Assembly: GCF_006345805.1 (NCBI RefSeq)
Contig: NC_042997.1
Span: 122,512,001-122,576,000 of the forward strand
Direction: 5' to 3'
Origin: Octopus sinensis
Taxonomy: Eukaryota
DNA length: 64,000 nucleotides
Shown: positions 13,270-26,904 of the stretch, piece by piece
How the letters are laid out: each line of letters begins with the position of its first letter
Position numbering within the stretch: the stretch's first letter is position 1
The notes under the pieces: model-generated
The model's input: the letters and a program-made list of their open reading frames with translations, nothing else
Database searches by the model: none
Told to the model about the DNA's origin: nothing
Position numbers and translations under genes: made by a program

Positions 13270-15849
13270 ACATGAAATAATTTTTGTCTCTTTTTATGGA
13301 AACATGGTTTTATGAAATGAACTTTGATATACTCTTGTCTGAGGAGAGTAAGGAAATTTTTTCAGCCGATTGATGCTTTTTAAAAATTTATTTAGATTTT
13401 TAGTAATATGACATGCTTTAGAAGTTTTAGATTGTATATATCTTCTCGATAGTCCGTGCTATATATCTATATGTTAATTCTCATATATAGTTTTTACCTT
13501 CTGTGTTTTTTTATAAATGTATACCTTATGCTTTTTATATATGTATGTTTTATATGTTTAAGAGCCATGTTAATATTTATATATGATCAAATGTTTAGAT
13601 GTATGGTTTTATACATAAAGTCGTTGACTTGAATTTGATGTTTGTTCTATGATCAATGTTATATATATATATTTTGTCAGTAGCGTCTGGAACCATGTGA
13701 AACTAATGTTGGAGAAGCATTAGTCGGCAAGAGGAGATTCTAGATACAAATACAGTACAATAGCTGGTTTTCAGTGAGGTGTAAAAGAGAAATCAACATC
13801 CCTATGGCCGGCACTTTTGTAGAGAGAAAAGAACTATGTAAGTCCAAATACCACAGGAATCCGAAATAAAAATTGTTTTATCACTATAGGAGGGGCTATA
13901 GGGGAGGAAAATAGCTTGCATAGTGTGCAAAGAGATGCAGTTAATTGAAGGGAATGTTAGTGACCGTGAATAGCATTGACAAATTTGGAAATAGCGTATG
14001 TTGGGGCGTCAAAAATATTTTGCCGTTGTAGATACATGCAAGGCAAAAGCGTATATATATACAAGCATAAGACAAACAAAACGAAAGACACACGGGCAAC
14101 TAAACTAAGGTAGATGTACAAGACAATTAGACACATAGGTATACAGAATAATCACATGCCCAAACACACACATATTTGTGCCATGCTTCATATAAAAAAT
14201 AATTCTTTCAAAAATTGCATATAGTTTTTAAAACAATGCTAGCTGATTTGTACTTCTTTATGCTAAACACGTCACGCAATTCAGGACTTGTTAATCGTCA
14301 TCTGGTACTAAAAAATGAGTGGAATAACACGTTGGCAGTTTTCCTTGGTATGACTATACATATTGTATGTATCCCTAAAAAATTATCACCTCAGATTGAA
14401 GTCTGAATTATAGGGATAACATGTTATAATCACAACGTTTTAAAGAAAAGAAGACATCGGCGAACTTGCAATACTTTCGGCCTTAAAATAATCAGTCAAA
14501 ATAAAATTTTTACTTGATAACCTCAGATTCTACATTTTATACAACTTTTTTGGACGTATTTTCGTATGGCAACGCCACTTCAATGAATGTGCCACCAGGA
14601 AAATATTCGATAAGAGAATTAAAACAAATCGCACTAGCCAATGGAAATACCTAGTCACCTTATGTTTCGTCTCAATAAATAGATGAGAGGTCTCATAATA
14701 TTACATGGTTAATTTTCCACACTTAACACACTATATAACGTAATACAAGAAAATAGCCCCAAGCACTAATAGAAAGGCATTTACCAGGACCACAGATATG
14801 TATACTGGATAAAAATACTACTAAAATTTTATGTAGCAACAGGATAAAAACGAAATATATAATAACGTGAGCAGGACGTTATATAACAATTTTTAACGTT
14901 TGTTCGAGATTTTTGATTTGCCATTTATGTAGGTTCCTGCTCACATAAGAAGGTAAATATATACATCTAGAAAAATCATCCAAAAACGATTATAAAGTAT
15001 AAGGTATAATTTAGAAGGCAGCTCTAATATCCGTTTGAGACGAATTAGATGAAACAAGTTACGAATGCAGGAGATAAGGAAACTTGAAAACTTGAAAAGA
15101 ATTCCTTTAATCAATTTGACTAATTGGTCAGTACATCTTAATTTGGCTGCTGTTTCAGGAAATGAGAAAATATCACGGACTAGGATGAAATTATAAAATT
15201 GTCCACGCTCTACAAAACTGTAGCTGAAATGGTTAACTCATACACAGAAAAATATAGCATCAGCAAAATATTCCTTAACCCATTAACTGCCATATCGTTT
15301 CATTGATATTTTTTGGGTTTGACTGGTGTCTTAGGAGATAAAAATTATAAATAGTATCTAAATTTTCTTCATGTGAGAACTATATTGGAAATTATAAATT
15401 TTTTGAAAAGTCCCAAATGGGTATCGCTGAAAAAAAAGCATATTTATCCTTTTCTATTCAACTTCAATAATAAACACTTCATTTTTTCTTTTTTTGGGGG
15501 GGGGGGGGACTTTAGCACCAAATGCAAAATACTAATGAATAATATAAATGGCAAATGGAAAAAAAATAAAACAGTCAATACTTTTGCAGTAGAAAATTGC
15601 TGTTTATGTTGTAAAATGTCCTCAAGAATTAACCTGAGCAAATAATGACAAACTTTAACTAATAAATATTGTTAAACACCTCTACAAATGCAATGTACAT
15701 AAGCAATTTACTTTAAATACCAAGAAGAACCGGCAGTGACAAAGTTTTAGCAGATCCCCCACATTAGGCTAATGGTAGGCAATGGGTTAAATATATGTTT
15801 CAACTTCACTCGAAAGTGGCGCCTGCTACTCAAATATGCAATATGTATT

Positions 15850-16112
15850 AAATAAGTAAATAAATGCGCCCTTTTAAAGCCTAGCCAGACTCATGGGCCT
15901 GGTTCCCCGCTATTACTGGCGTATGTGTTCCCCAGCTGGAAGGGACGCCAGTCCATCGCAGCGTTACTCATTTTCGCCAGCTGAGTGGACTGGAGCAACG
16001 TGAAATGAAGTATTTTGCTCAAGAAAGCAACGCGTCGCCCGGTCCAGGAATCGAAACCACAATCTTGCGATCATGATGCCGACACCCTAACCACTAAGCC
16101 ACGCGCCTCCAC
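15850..16112 (-). mobile_element. tRNA-derived SINE family C (V-domain-like)
   Basis: Head GTGGAGGCGCGTGGCTTAGTGGTTAGGG, B-box GGTTTCGATTCC, TGCGATGGACTGGCGTCCC block; 12-bp TSD with 1 mismatch (GCAATATGTATT 15838-15849 / GCAATGTGTATT 16113-16124). Confidence 0.85.
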
Positions 16113-16538
16113 GCAATGTGTATTGCCGAGTCATTAAATGTCTTTATGTTTTTTTTACGCTAAATGTTCCTTGATTTTAATTGGGTCTGTTTTACTTTCA
16201 TTTTATTATCAGTCAATATTTAAAATCTCATCTTCAAAAATTTATAAAATTTATTACACAGGTTCAAATACTATGACAATTGGAAAATAAATTATTTTTC
16301 GTCGTTTATCTAAGATTTATTTATATATTTTAAATATTCAAGCTTTAACCTCTATAACACGAACTAATAATTTCTATAATGTCTGATTATATTTCAGATT
16401 TTATATAAAATGCGAGTCTCGTTAGTTGGAACATAATTCTTGAATATATATCGTGGTAGACATGTATTTAGAAGTGATAGAAATAATTTCAATATTCATT
16501 CTGAGACTGTAATAACGTTACGAAGATAGTTCACATAG

Positions 16539-16697
16539 AGGTACTAGTATCGTAGAGTGATCCCGGTTTGCGCACACGCGCAGACGCGCGTCCGTGCTAG
16601 CCAGTCAGCTCGTAGGATCGACTGCCTACGTCTGGCTAGCACGGACGCGCGTCTGCGCGTGTGCGCAAACCGGGACCACTCTACGATACTAGTACCT
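16539..16697. mobile_element. CpG-rich fold-back (MITE-like) element, 159 bp
   Basis: 66-bp inverted arms 16539-16604 / 16632-16697 with one mismatch, plus an internal CGTAGG/CCTACG stem. Confidence 0.7.
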
Positions 16698-17301
16698 AAA
16701 TTCTCCACGTATGATATATTTCCTTTGGCTCGGAACCGTTTAGGGGTGCACCTGCATTTACCACAGAGAAATATAAAATTTCAATTTCGAAATTGAAACT
16801 TGTTCGAAGACTAACGTAGATACAACGACGCATACGCGTGTGTGAACAACAGTAGATGAAGGTGTCTGATTGCGTGTCTCACAACATTGCTTTCGAATCT
16901 CGGTGCATCAAACTTTGATTATGCTGACGTCATATTTGTTTTCCTTCGATTCAGGTGTGATAAAAAATAGTATCAATTTCGGGCGGTGTAACTTACAACA
17001 CATGTTCTGGTAACTGACAGGACAACAAAAAACTACACTATTTATAGTCTAGGTCATCCTTGTTATTTCCTCGGTGACCATCGACGGGATGGACAGAGCA
17101 TAGTTTTATGCTAAAACAAACACGCAAGTATATACCTTGGTGAAAATTGATCCAAGCACAGAAACCCCCTAATTGACCACAAGGGGGCACTGCCCCTATA
17201 TATCTGAGGTAGTCAGCTAATGCAAGGCTGAATCGACTTACTAATAATACGTATTTTGCCTAGTATTATTTAAAATTATTTTTGCCTAGTATTATTAGTA
17301 C

Positions 17302-17552
17302 GTGGAGGTGCGTGGATTAGTGGTTAGGGTGTCAGCATCATGATCGTAAGATTGTAGTTTCGATTCCTGGACCGGGCGACACGTTGTGTTCTTGAGAAAA
17401 ACACTTCATTTCACGTTGCTCCAGTCCACTCAGCTGGCAAAAATGAGTAACGCTAGCGATAGACTGATGTCCCGTCCAGCTGGGGAACACATACGCCATA
17501 GAAACCGGGAAACCGGTCCCATGAGCCTGGCTAGGCTTTAAAAGGGCGCATT
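17302..17552 (+). mobile_element. SINE family C
   Basis: Homologous to 15850-16112; perfect 12-bp TSD TATTATTAGTAC (17290-17301 / 17563-17574). Confidence 0.85.
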
Positions 17553-17599
17553 TATTATATATTATTATTAGTACAGCGTGCGTTTGGTTATACATAGAT

Positions 17600-18000
17600 A
17601 CAGGAGTGGCTGTGCTGTAAGACGTTTGCTTCCCAGCCACATGGCTCCGGGTTCAGTTCCATTGAGTGGTACCTACGGGGAAGTGTTTTCTACTATAGCT
17701 TCGGGCCGACCAAAGCCTTATGAGTGGATTTAGTATACGGAAACTGAAAGAAACCCGTTGTGTATATATAAATATATGTATATATGTGTGTGTCTCCACT
17801 GTGTTTGTCCCACCATCACACCTTGACAACTGGTGTTGTTGTGATTACGTCCCCGTAACTTAGCGGTTCGGCCACAGAACCGACGGTTTAAGTACCTGAC
17901 TTTAAAAATAAGTTCTGGTGACGATTCACTAGACTAAAATTTCAAGGTAGTGCCCCAGCATGACCGCAGTCTAATGACTGAAACAATTAAAATCTAAAAG
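17600..18000 (+). mobile_element. SINE family A (diverged)
   Basis: GGAGTGGCTGTGCTGTAAG head ... CCAGCATGACCGCAGTCTAATGACTGAAACAA tail. Confidence 0.8.
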
Positions 18001-19247
18001 TTACATCTCCGCATCTACAAAATGTCACACACACGCATTATTATTATTACTATTACTATTATTATTATTATTATTATTATTTTTACTTCGGTCGAATCAG
18101 TCTCTAAGTTTCACCTGTGGTTACAAAAGATACTGAGGCAAGTTATGATTATCAAAATGAAATTTAAAATTCCCTGTAATGAAGGCACTGATGTGACAGA
18201 ATCGTTAGTTTGACGACATTTCGTTTATCTTTTACGTTGTACATGGAAATTCCACCGAGGTCAATTGTACCTTTCATACTTTCAGGATCAATAAAATAAA
18301 TACCAGTTGAGAACTGGAGTCAGTCTAAACGACTAGTCCCCTGCCGCAAATTGCTAATCTGCCAATATTTGAAACATATTTCCTATTATGTGATTGGGTA
18401 CCCTTTGTTTTCAAGGTTAATACTACACACACACACACTGGACTGTCTCTATGTGGACCCAAGGACACAGGTAACCAGGTATCCCTATCCTTGCAGGGCA
18501 TGCTCGGTGTGTCGACGAATTTCTCTCTTAAAGTATGTCTCCTTGGAAAGGGTACAACATGTACTCAACAGAACTAAATATCACATTACCGAGTAACTCT
18601 CTAACGGCGGACAAAGCAGACAAGGAGCCTTTTACATTCCTATGGTTAGATGTTCTTAATGGTCCATACCGGTCAATTTACGAAGTGCTGGACAGAATTG
18701 CTATGAAGGCGTGATTTAACAATAATTTAGTATCTACTTCAGTCTCATCTCCAGATTTTGCCTGTCCCGCGCTTCATGTACCGCAGAGAAAGGTTTTGAA
18801 ATCATATTGATTGGGTTACCTCCTGGCAAGGTGTAATCCACATTTATGAAACCAACGATTTGGGTTTCCTAAATTGTAAATTGAAAACAAGTGCAACCTG
18901 TAGCCGGTCTGAAATTTCGTGTCTCCAAATACACAGATACAATGTATATTATTTTAGTGGATCAACATGTGTTAAACGCTGCCAATATGCCTTTAATGCA
19001 ATCAATCACCGTAATTTGTTGATGAGATATGAATTCGCTTAGAAGCCATGCATAGCATAAATGCTTGAGTGTAGATAGAAACTCTACAAAGATCCAAACC
19101 TTTAGTCTATTCAGCTTTATATATTTAAACATCCAAGTACTTCCCCTTCATATATGAATTCATGACAGATAATCTTCAAAATGACAACAGTGAACACGTG
19201 ATTAATTCTCAGCCTTGCTTCAGAGGAGAGACGGGATATATAGTTTT

Positions 19248-19445
19248 CTACTCTGGGCACAAGGCCCGAAATTTTTCGGGAAAGATCAAGTCGATTAGAT
19301 CGACATCGGTATGTAACCGGTACTTAAATTATCGACCCCGAAAGGATGAAAGGCAAAGTCGACCTCGGCGGAATTTGAACTCAGAATGTAAAGACAGACG
19401 AAATAACGCTAAGCATTTCGCCCTCCGCGCTAACGATTCTGCCAG
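19248..19445 (-). mobile_element. SINE family B
   Basis: ATCGACCCCGAAAGGATGAAAGGCAAAGTCGACCTCGGCGGAATTTGAACTC core. Confidence 0.8.
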
Positions 19446-19604
19446 AAAAGAACTAAAAATTGAAACACTTACACACCAAGCCAGTATAAAGAAGGGAATT
19501 TACAAGTACATATTTCAGTATTTGATGACGAAATTAATGCATACACAGTCAAGGATAGCGAAAGATATGCACAGCATATTTCGCCGGAAATGGAAAGAAA
19601 TTTT

Positions 19605-20620
19605 CTACGACCGGCCTTCTTGGAGGAATTCACTACCGATTTAATTAAAAGACGTTAGCACGCCGGGCGAAATGCGTAAACGTTTTTCGTCTGTCGTTAC
19701 GTTCCGAGTTCAAATTCCGCCGAGGTCGACTTTGCCTTTCATCCTTTCGGGGTCGATAAATTAAGTACCAGTTACGCACTGGGGTCGATGTAATCGACTT
19801 AATCCGATTGTCTGTCCTTGTTTGTCGCCTCTGTGTTTAGCCCCTTGTGGGTAGTAAAGAAATGGATTTAATTAAAAGACGGAACACGACTGGATGGCAA
19901 AATGAGTACCGACAGGCACTCGCGCTAATCCACAGGGCGGCCAAGGCCGGCAGCAGGAATACCACCTCGGTATTTTAAAAAGAGATGGTAGGGTTTCAGA
20001 GCGTGACACTCTATGAGATACTCTGAGGCTCGATGAGAATCAGCTAACCAACCTGTTTCATAGAACTTGAGGACGGAGCATTTGGATAATTACCAAAGAT
20101 CCCTTACCTGGCAGTGCTATAGGAATGTATTACCTGTTCGATAGAAATTGTCTAGACACGGCATTCTAGTGTCGCTGACAAGCCCAAAGTGTGGGCAGGA
20201 AGAGGAAACCGTCTTGCACGCCTTTGTACAGTGTCTGGAGATTTCGAGTTTGATAATTTACGTCGAACACATGTCACATCTGGGAAACGTACAGTTGCCA
20301 GCTGAGTCTATGATAAAGACTGTACCGCCAACCGGACTTTCAAAGGAAAGTGAGGCATGTTTTCTCTATACAGTAGCCGTTAGGAAAATGTGTACTTGGA
20401 GGACTAGAATGTTAGGAGTCGCGACAGTACATTTTATCTCCGGCCCAGGCTTGCTGTATTTCTTCAGATACCATCTGAGGAGAAAGATAAGGCTGGAGAT
20501 AAGACTGGAGATAAGACATCTGTCACAAGAGATATATGAGAAAAAATGGAAGGATGTTGTGAGAAAGTTGGGAGTGACAGTCCCTACTTAATCACATGGC
20601 ATATGGGGTACAATCTCTAG
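19605..20620 (+). mobile_element. Tx1/L1-like LINE ORF2 C-terminus (decayed), split by a SINE
   Basis: LDNYQRSLTWQCYRNVLPVR*KLSRHG...SPKCGQEEETVLHAFVQC (zf-RVT-type CCHC), then FFRYHLRRKIR...KKWKDV. The upstream frame continues across the SINE at 19655-19864. Confidence 0.8.
19655..19864 (+). mobile_element. SINE family B inserted in the LINE
   Basis: Flanked by direct repeat GATTTAATTAAAAGACG (19638-19654 / 19865-19881). Confidence 0.9.
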
Positions 20621-20661
20621 CCGTCTGAACCACAGTCAGTGCTTTTAAAAAAATTAATTAT

Positions 20662-20697
<36 letters not shown>

Positions 20698-20920
20698 CGT
20701 TTTATTTATTGTTTTGCACACTACTTAATTATCGTTATATGTTTCATCTTGTATTTAATCTTTCTATAATATGTAATTATATAGATGGTATAACTAAATT
20801 TTTTATTTTTGAATTGATAAATGGTGTTTTTTTTTCTAATTTATATATTCTATTTTGTGAAATTTGATTCAGTATTTCTAAATTGAATTTTTCCCTCTAA
20901 GTTTGAAATAATATTCCCTC

Positions 20921-20956
<36 letters not shown>

Positions 20957-22084
20957 TTTCTTTAAAACAAAATGTCATCAAATATGCTCACCAAGCACCA
21001 TTAAGTGTTTTGTAATGTCTTCTTTTGTTTTTTCTATGTTTCGAATGTCAATATTCGTAATTAGGAATAATCTCTTAGATACATCCCATTGACAAGGGTC
21101 ATGAAACTCGAAACATCGATGTCTGGGATTCCTAATAGATGGTGACACTGAATGAACCGGGTGTTTTCACACCTTTTTACCATAAGAAATATTTTTTTCT
21201 CCATGGTAACTGCAGTGCCTTTGCCTTTTAGCACTTGAAATATGTGACATACATTTTTGAACTTCTCTAAATCCTGCTCATACCTAAACACTGCTTTACG
21301 CTAACGCTTTATTAACTCACGGTAAATTTTGCTGGTATTGAAGATATGTTAAACATGAAAAATTTTTCATATTAATTTGCTAGAGTTTACCTAAATGTGT
21401 TTAAGGAATGTAGAACGAAAATCCTTCGGATAATTAATGTCGTGTGAATTTTAAGAGAAATAAACGGGGATGATTTCATGCATTGGCATCAAAGTAATTA
21501 AGGTTGTTATAAAATTGGATTTGTGCAAATACATAACACTCACCGTACGAAAATTCTATGAAGCATTTTACATACTGACAGGCATAAATGTTATTTCAAT
21601 TCTATAAATAAAATGCGAAACTGGAGTAGAATAAACCTTGACAATGATAGCAGTGAAAATAAAGTAAATAAAAAAGGCTAGAAGCAGTGAGATTTACTTG
21701 GGTTGAACAAATGATGCCGTATGAAGAGAAGGAAGAAGTTTATTATTTTTCACATGATTTTATGACAAAATTAATTGCACGGAATGTTTACGCTTCATTG
21801 GTAAAACCATGAGGTACCACAAGGGTGAACTAAAATGTTAGTATTGGACATGGCGTGACGGCAGCCAACAATGCTGGACATTGTAAAGGATCAATTTTGA
21901 TAATCCCACCATGGTGAACTGCACAAGAATGGTAACTACAATTCTGAATATATTCACACATAGTTTACATTGATTTATAACTATTTCTTCAACTGCACGA
22001 ATGTAAAAGATGAACAAAAGGTGATACAGAGCGGAATTGACCGCCAATCCATGTTGTTGCATGGTCAAATTCTTAATATATTTG

Positions 22085-22550
22085 TCGTAATTTCTTAATA
22101 TAAACTGTCGATTAATACGACGTGAGTTCAAGTTCATCCAACCAACGGAACAGCGGGCTCGTGAAATTAACATGTAAGCGATTGAGCACTCCACCAACAT
22201 TCGTACCCTTACCGTAGTTCTCAGGGAGGTTCAGCGTGACACAGAATATGACAAGATTGGTCCTTTGAAATATTGTTTGTTGTTTGTTCCTCATCAGGGC
22301 CGGTCCCGGTTTCCTTGACGCATAGATTCCCCACCTGAACGGAACGCCGGTCCGTCGCAGTTGAGCTGCAAGATACAGGAGGAAAGAGTGAGAGAAAGTT
22401 GTGGCGAAAGAGTCAGCAGAGATTCGCCATTACCTTCTACCGGAGCCGCGTGGAGCTTAGGTGTTTCGCTCATAAACACCTCACCCGGTTTGAGATTCGA
22501 ACCCGCGATTCCTCGACCGCGAGTCCGCTGCTCTAACCACTTGGCCATAT
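22085..22550 (-). mobile_element. tRNA-derived SINE family D plus an adjacent SINE 3' segment
   Basis: Minus head ATGGCCAAGTGGTTAGAGCAGCGGACTCGCGG...GGTTCGAATCTC, homologous to 28812-29105; segment 22085-22275 is homologous to 36625-36810. Confidence 0.75.
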
Positions 22551-23275
22551 TCCTCCACCCTTTTAAATATAGGTACTACGTATTTTCGCAAATGAGCGGC
22601 CTGGAGCAACGTGAAATAAAATGACTTGCTCACGTACACAAAGCGCTGCTGTGAATCGAACTCACTCATGATCTTACAATCGTGAATAGAATACCCTTAC
22701 GCTACGTTGTGCATCTTCACTTAATTATTTAACATAGTTGACGAACAAAAATGTAAAATAAGTGTAATTTACTTTCGTTGGGAAAAAAATTCTACAAAAA
22801 TTTATTTGGAGCTTCTAATTGCATTTTATCAGCAAAGTAACAAAATCGTACGTAGTATTACAAACAGGATCCAAGCATGATAAGTAGAAGGATGATGATG
22901 GAAGTGCTAACTATCATAGTTACAGGGAAAATGAATGATCAAATGTTAATGATGATGACATCGATAATGACAAATCATTTTCTAGTTTAATTATTTAAAA
23001 TATTACGTTCGTTCATCAAACTTTCCGAAGATAACATTTCTGAAGTTCTCTAAAATATTTATAGTTTCGCTTGCAGTTAATTTCTTCTTGTATTTTCCCC
23101 TTTAGCTTTAGCGATAAACAAGAGACCTATGGTAAGATTAATCAACAGGGAATAACACAATTACCACATAAATCAAAATAGTGTTGTTGACTGCTACGTT
23201 AAGTAGTGTTGTGGTTCAAAATGTTAAATGTTTACTATTGTTAGTAAAAGAACTTAATATTTATTATGTTTTTGA

Positions 23276-23502
23276 ATGTGGCGAGAGCTTGCAGATACGT
23301 TAGCACGCCGGGCGAAGTGCTTTGCGGTATTTCGTCCGCCGCTGGAGTTCAAATTCCGCCGAGGTCCACTTTGCCTTTGATCCTTTCGAGGTCGATAAAT
23401 TAAGTACCAGTTACGCATTGGGGTCGATGTAATCGACTTAATCGGTTTGTCTGTCCTTGTTTGTCCTCTCTATGTTTAGCCCCTTGTGGGCAATAAGGAA
23501 AT
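23276..23502 (+). mobile_element. SINE family B
   Basis: Full family-B consensus match, ending at a (TA)n(GA)n tract. Confidence 0.85.
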
Positions 23503-23527
23503 ATATGTGTATATATATATTATATAT

Positions 23528-23578
<51 letters not shown>

Positions 23579-24824
23579 GAGAGAGAGAGAGAGAGAGATG
23601 CGTATACATGTATAAATACATTTAACTATACAATTTATTCACATACACCCATATATAAACCAACAAAAGAAAAAACGGATTTTATTGCGAACACAAGTGC
23701 AATTTTGACTAATACTGATGTATCTCTACCGGGTGGTGTTTGCGATATGTTAAATTGACAGTGTCCATTTAAATACGACTTCAATGTCTTTTTTCAAACG
23801 CTGTATACCTGTATGTCTGGTTAGAACACCATTATGTCCTGTCACCTACCGTTCATCACGCAGAAAGTATTTCTGAACGAAATATTCATTATTTTCTGTG
23901 TTGTCTATTCTATTAAGCGAACCAGACATTCAGATTACGACTCATCCATTAGAATGGACTTCTATTGTTTTCTGAAAAAGCTGTCTTGAAAATATGTCAT
24001 ACTCAGTGTGATGACATCAATTTTGTGCCACATTTTCAGACAAAATTTGGTCTATATTGAAAATATTCTTCGTACATATAATCCGTGAAAAACTGCTTAT
24101 GAAATATCAACAAAATTTACAATATTTGTAATATTTTCTTTTGTTAAACGCATATATGTATAAATAACTACTGCCATAAACATCAAAACACTTCTTCATA
24201 AAAGTGCAAATTTTCAGATATCCTTATTTTTTTTTCTCTCTTTTAATGAATGTTTGACTTCATTTAAAGCGTAATCCAACACCGCAAGAAACAGAGCACC
24301 CCAGTGATATACAATAATCTAAAAAATATCGATTTTATTGCGATTACAGCCTGTGCGGTTATCATGAGTGAATATATGTTATTCCTAAAACAGTACCTCG
24401 TACTCAGTATTACATTTCAGAACACTGACCTGAGATCTATACTTTTCCCATTATTTTGCTACATTCTCGAGTCTCTATTCAGTTTCTATTAGCTCAATAG
24501 ATGTATATTTGGAACGTGAGATGATACGCACAAACAAATTTATTGGCTGCCATTTTCTATATCGTCTTGTCTCAAAGCCAATAATTTTGGGGGTACTAAG
24601 TTCGACGATTACATCAACACCCTGTGTCCAGCTGGGGAAATAACTTTATCGACCGTGTAATGATGACAGCAAAATTCTATGTCACTGGAATTCGAACTTA
24701 GAATGTAAAGAGTCGCAAGATATGACTCTAAATATAATGCTTCAGGCTGTAGAAATTCTGTCAGCTTGTCACCGTTAATTGCTTCAAATTTTGGCACAGA
24801 CGTAATAATTTTGGTCGAAAGGGA

Positions 24825-25270
24825 AGGTGGCGAGCTGGCAGAAGCATTAGTACGCCGGGCGAAATACTTAGCGGTATTTCATCTGTCGTTACGTTGTGAG
24901 TTCAAATTCCACCGAGGTTGACTTTGCCTTTCATCCTTTCGGGGTCGATAAATTAAATACCATTTCCGCACTGGGGTCGATGTAATCGACTTAATACCTA
25001 TGTCTGTCCTTAATCGACTTAATCTGTTTATCTATCTTTGTTTGTCTCCTCTGTGTGTAGCCCCTTGTGGGAAGTAAATAAATAGGAAACGTTGGCACAC
25101 CGGGCGAAATGCCTAGCGGCATTTCGTCTGTCTTTACGTTCTGAGTTCAAATTCCACCGAGATCGACTTTGCCTTTCATAATTTCGGAGTCGATAAATTA
25201 AGTGCTAGTCGCGCACTGCAGTCGATCTAATCGACTGGGCCCCTCCCCCAAAATTTAGGGTCTTTTGCCT
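24825..25270 (+). mobile_element. SINE family B dimer
   Basis: Full unit, then tail joined at AAATAG|GAAACGTTGGCAC to a 5'-truncated second unit. Confidence 0.8.
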
Positions 25271-25681
25271 AGAGCAGAAAGGAATTTTGATCGAAAGGTA
25301 TTATTCAGTATCACAGACCCTTGTTGAGCGTTATTTTATTGATACACCTTCTTCACGAAGGATAAAAGGAAATATTGACTCCAGTAGAATTCGGACTTAT
25401 AACGTAAAGGTAGAAAAAAAAAACGCTAAACCATTAATTTGACGCAGTTAGGACTCTACAGGCTTCCTAACCTCAAACCTTTCTAATTTTGTCACATGGC
25501 CTGCAATTGTGAGAGGCGGATGTTAGACGATACCACAGACACCAGCACTTGAAAGGTAGTGAGATTTGAGGGGAGGGGACTAGTCGAATACATCAACCCA
25601 ATACATCAAACATCAAACAAAGAATACATCAAACATCAAACGTCCTGAAAGGATGAAAGGTAAAGTTTATCTCGGTGGAAT

Positions 25682-25886
25682 TTGAACTCGGAATGTAGCG
25701 AAGGCGAATTACTGCTAATCATTTCACCCGCCGTGATAATGTTTTTACCAGATGGCCGCTTTACACATAAAAAAAAGAAGAAATTGAACTCGGAATGTAG
25801 CGAAGGCGAATTACTGCTAATCATTTCACCCGCCGTGATAATGTTTTTACCAGATGGCCGCCTTACACATAAAAAAAAAGAAGAAA
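25682..25886. repeat. 102-bp near-perfect tandem duplication
   Basis: TTGAACTCGGAATGTAGCGAAGG...CACATAAAAAAAAGAAGAAA occurs twice, with one substitution and one A-run length difference. Confidence 0.95.
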
Positions 25887-25889
25887 TAA

Positions 25890-26830
25890 TAATAATAATG
25901 ATAATAACGGGCTTTGAAATACACCTTAATACAACAAGTAATGTGCTCCTACGTACTGCACTGAAGCATGAAGATTTTAAACTAGTTTCAGACATGAAGC
26001 TTTGTCAGAAATTTAAAAAGTCTCTTGGCCTACAAGTTAGTAAGAATGACGAACAACACCCAAATAGTGGCATTGCATCCACCCAATTTAGAAATTAACA
26101 ATCAGAAAGGGGAAAAAGAGATCCAAATAGTGATAAACCTATCATTGATGAAAAAAAAAAACATCAAAAAAGCTAAGAATGCTTGCATTAATAATATTGA
26201 AAACGACTGGAAGGGTAAACTCCTGCATGGAAAATACCGTAACCGCCTGTCTAAGCCAGATATTTATCGAAATCTACAGCAAGGGACAGGTCTGAAAGGG
26301 AAAACCGAAGGCTTTGTTATTGCGGTGCAAGATCAGAGCTTACCTATCGCAAACTACCATGCAAGCGTCCTTAAATATGGACGTGACCCCTCGTGCAGAA
26401 TTTGCGGCAAATTCACAGAGACAATTGATCGTGTTGATTCTAGCTTCCCAGTCCTCACTGAAAAGGAATACGTCATAAGACATGACAGACTAGAGAGTAC
26501 ATCCACTAGAATACTTGTAAATACTACAAAATTAAATCCCATGATAAGTGGTACAGGCGCCATCCAGAGGATGTAGTAAATTGGCGTCACCATCCTTTGG
26601 AACGTCCCAATACAATCAAACAGAAAAATTGACTCCAACCGACTAGACATTGGGATCAGGGACTACAACAGAAGAACTTGACTGTTAATAGATATGTCTG
26701 TCCCACAAGGTCAAAAGGTCTCAAGAAAGGAAAGCGAAAGTCTTTCTCACTACAAAGATCTGCAAATTGAAATCACAAAAATATGGAGGCTTAGTACTAC
26801 GATAATACAAGTAGTAATTGGAGAGGGAAT
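25890..26830 (+). mobile_element. R4/Dong-like (RLE) non-LTR retrotransposon 3' fragment
   Basis: WKGKLLHGKY...LKGKTEGFVIAVQDQSL...CRICGKFTETIDRV...EYVIRHD, then NRLDI...LIDMSVP...KE...YKDLQIEITKIW...QVVIG (zinc knuckle plus restriction-like endonuclease); preceded by (AAT)n. Confidence 0.8.
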
Positions 26831-26904
26831 AAGACTGATTGGATGCGAACACAACATTATAGATGAAAACAACATAACAACATAGTATAGTTTGTAAAAA
26901 ATGC

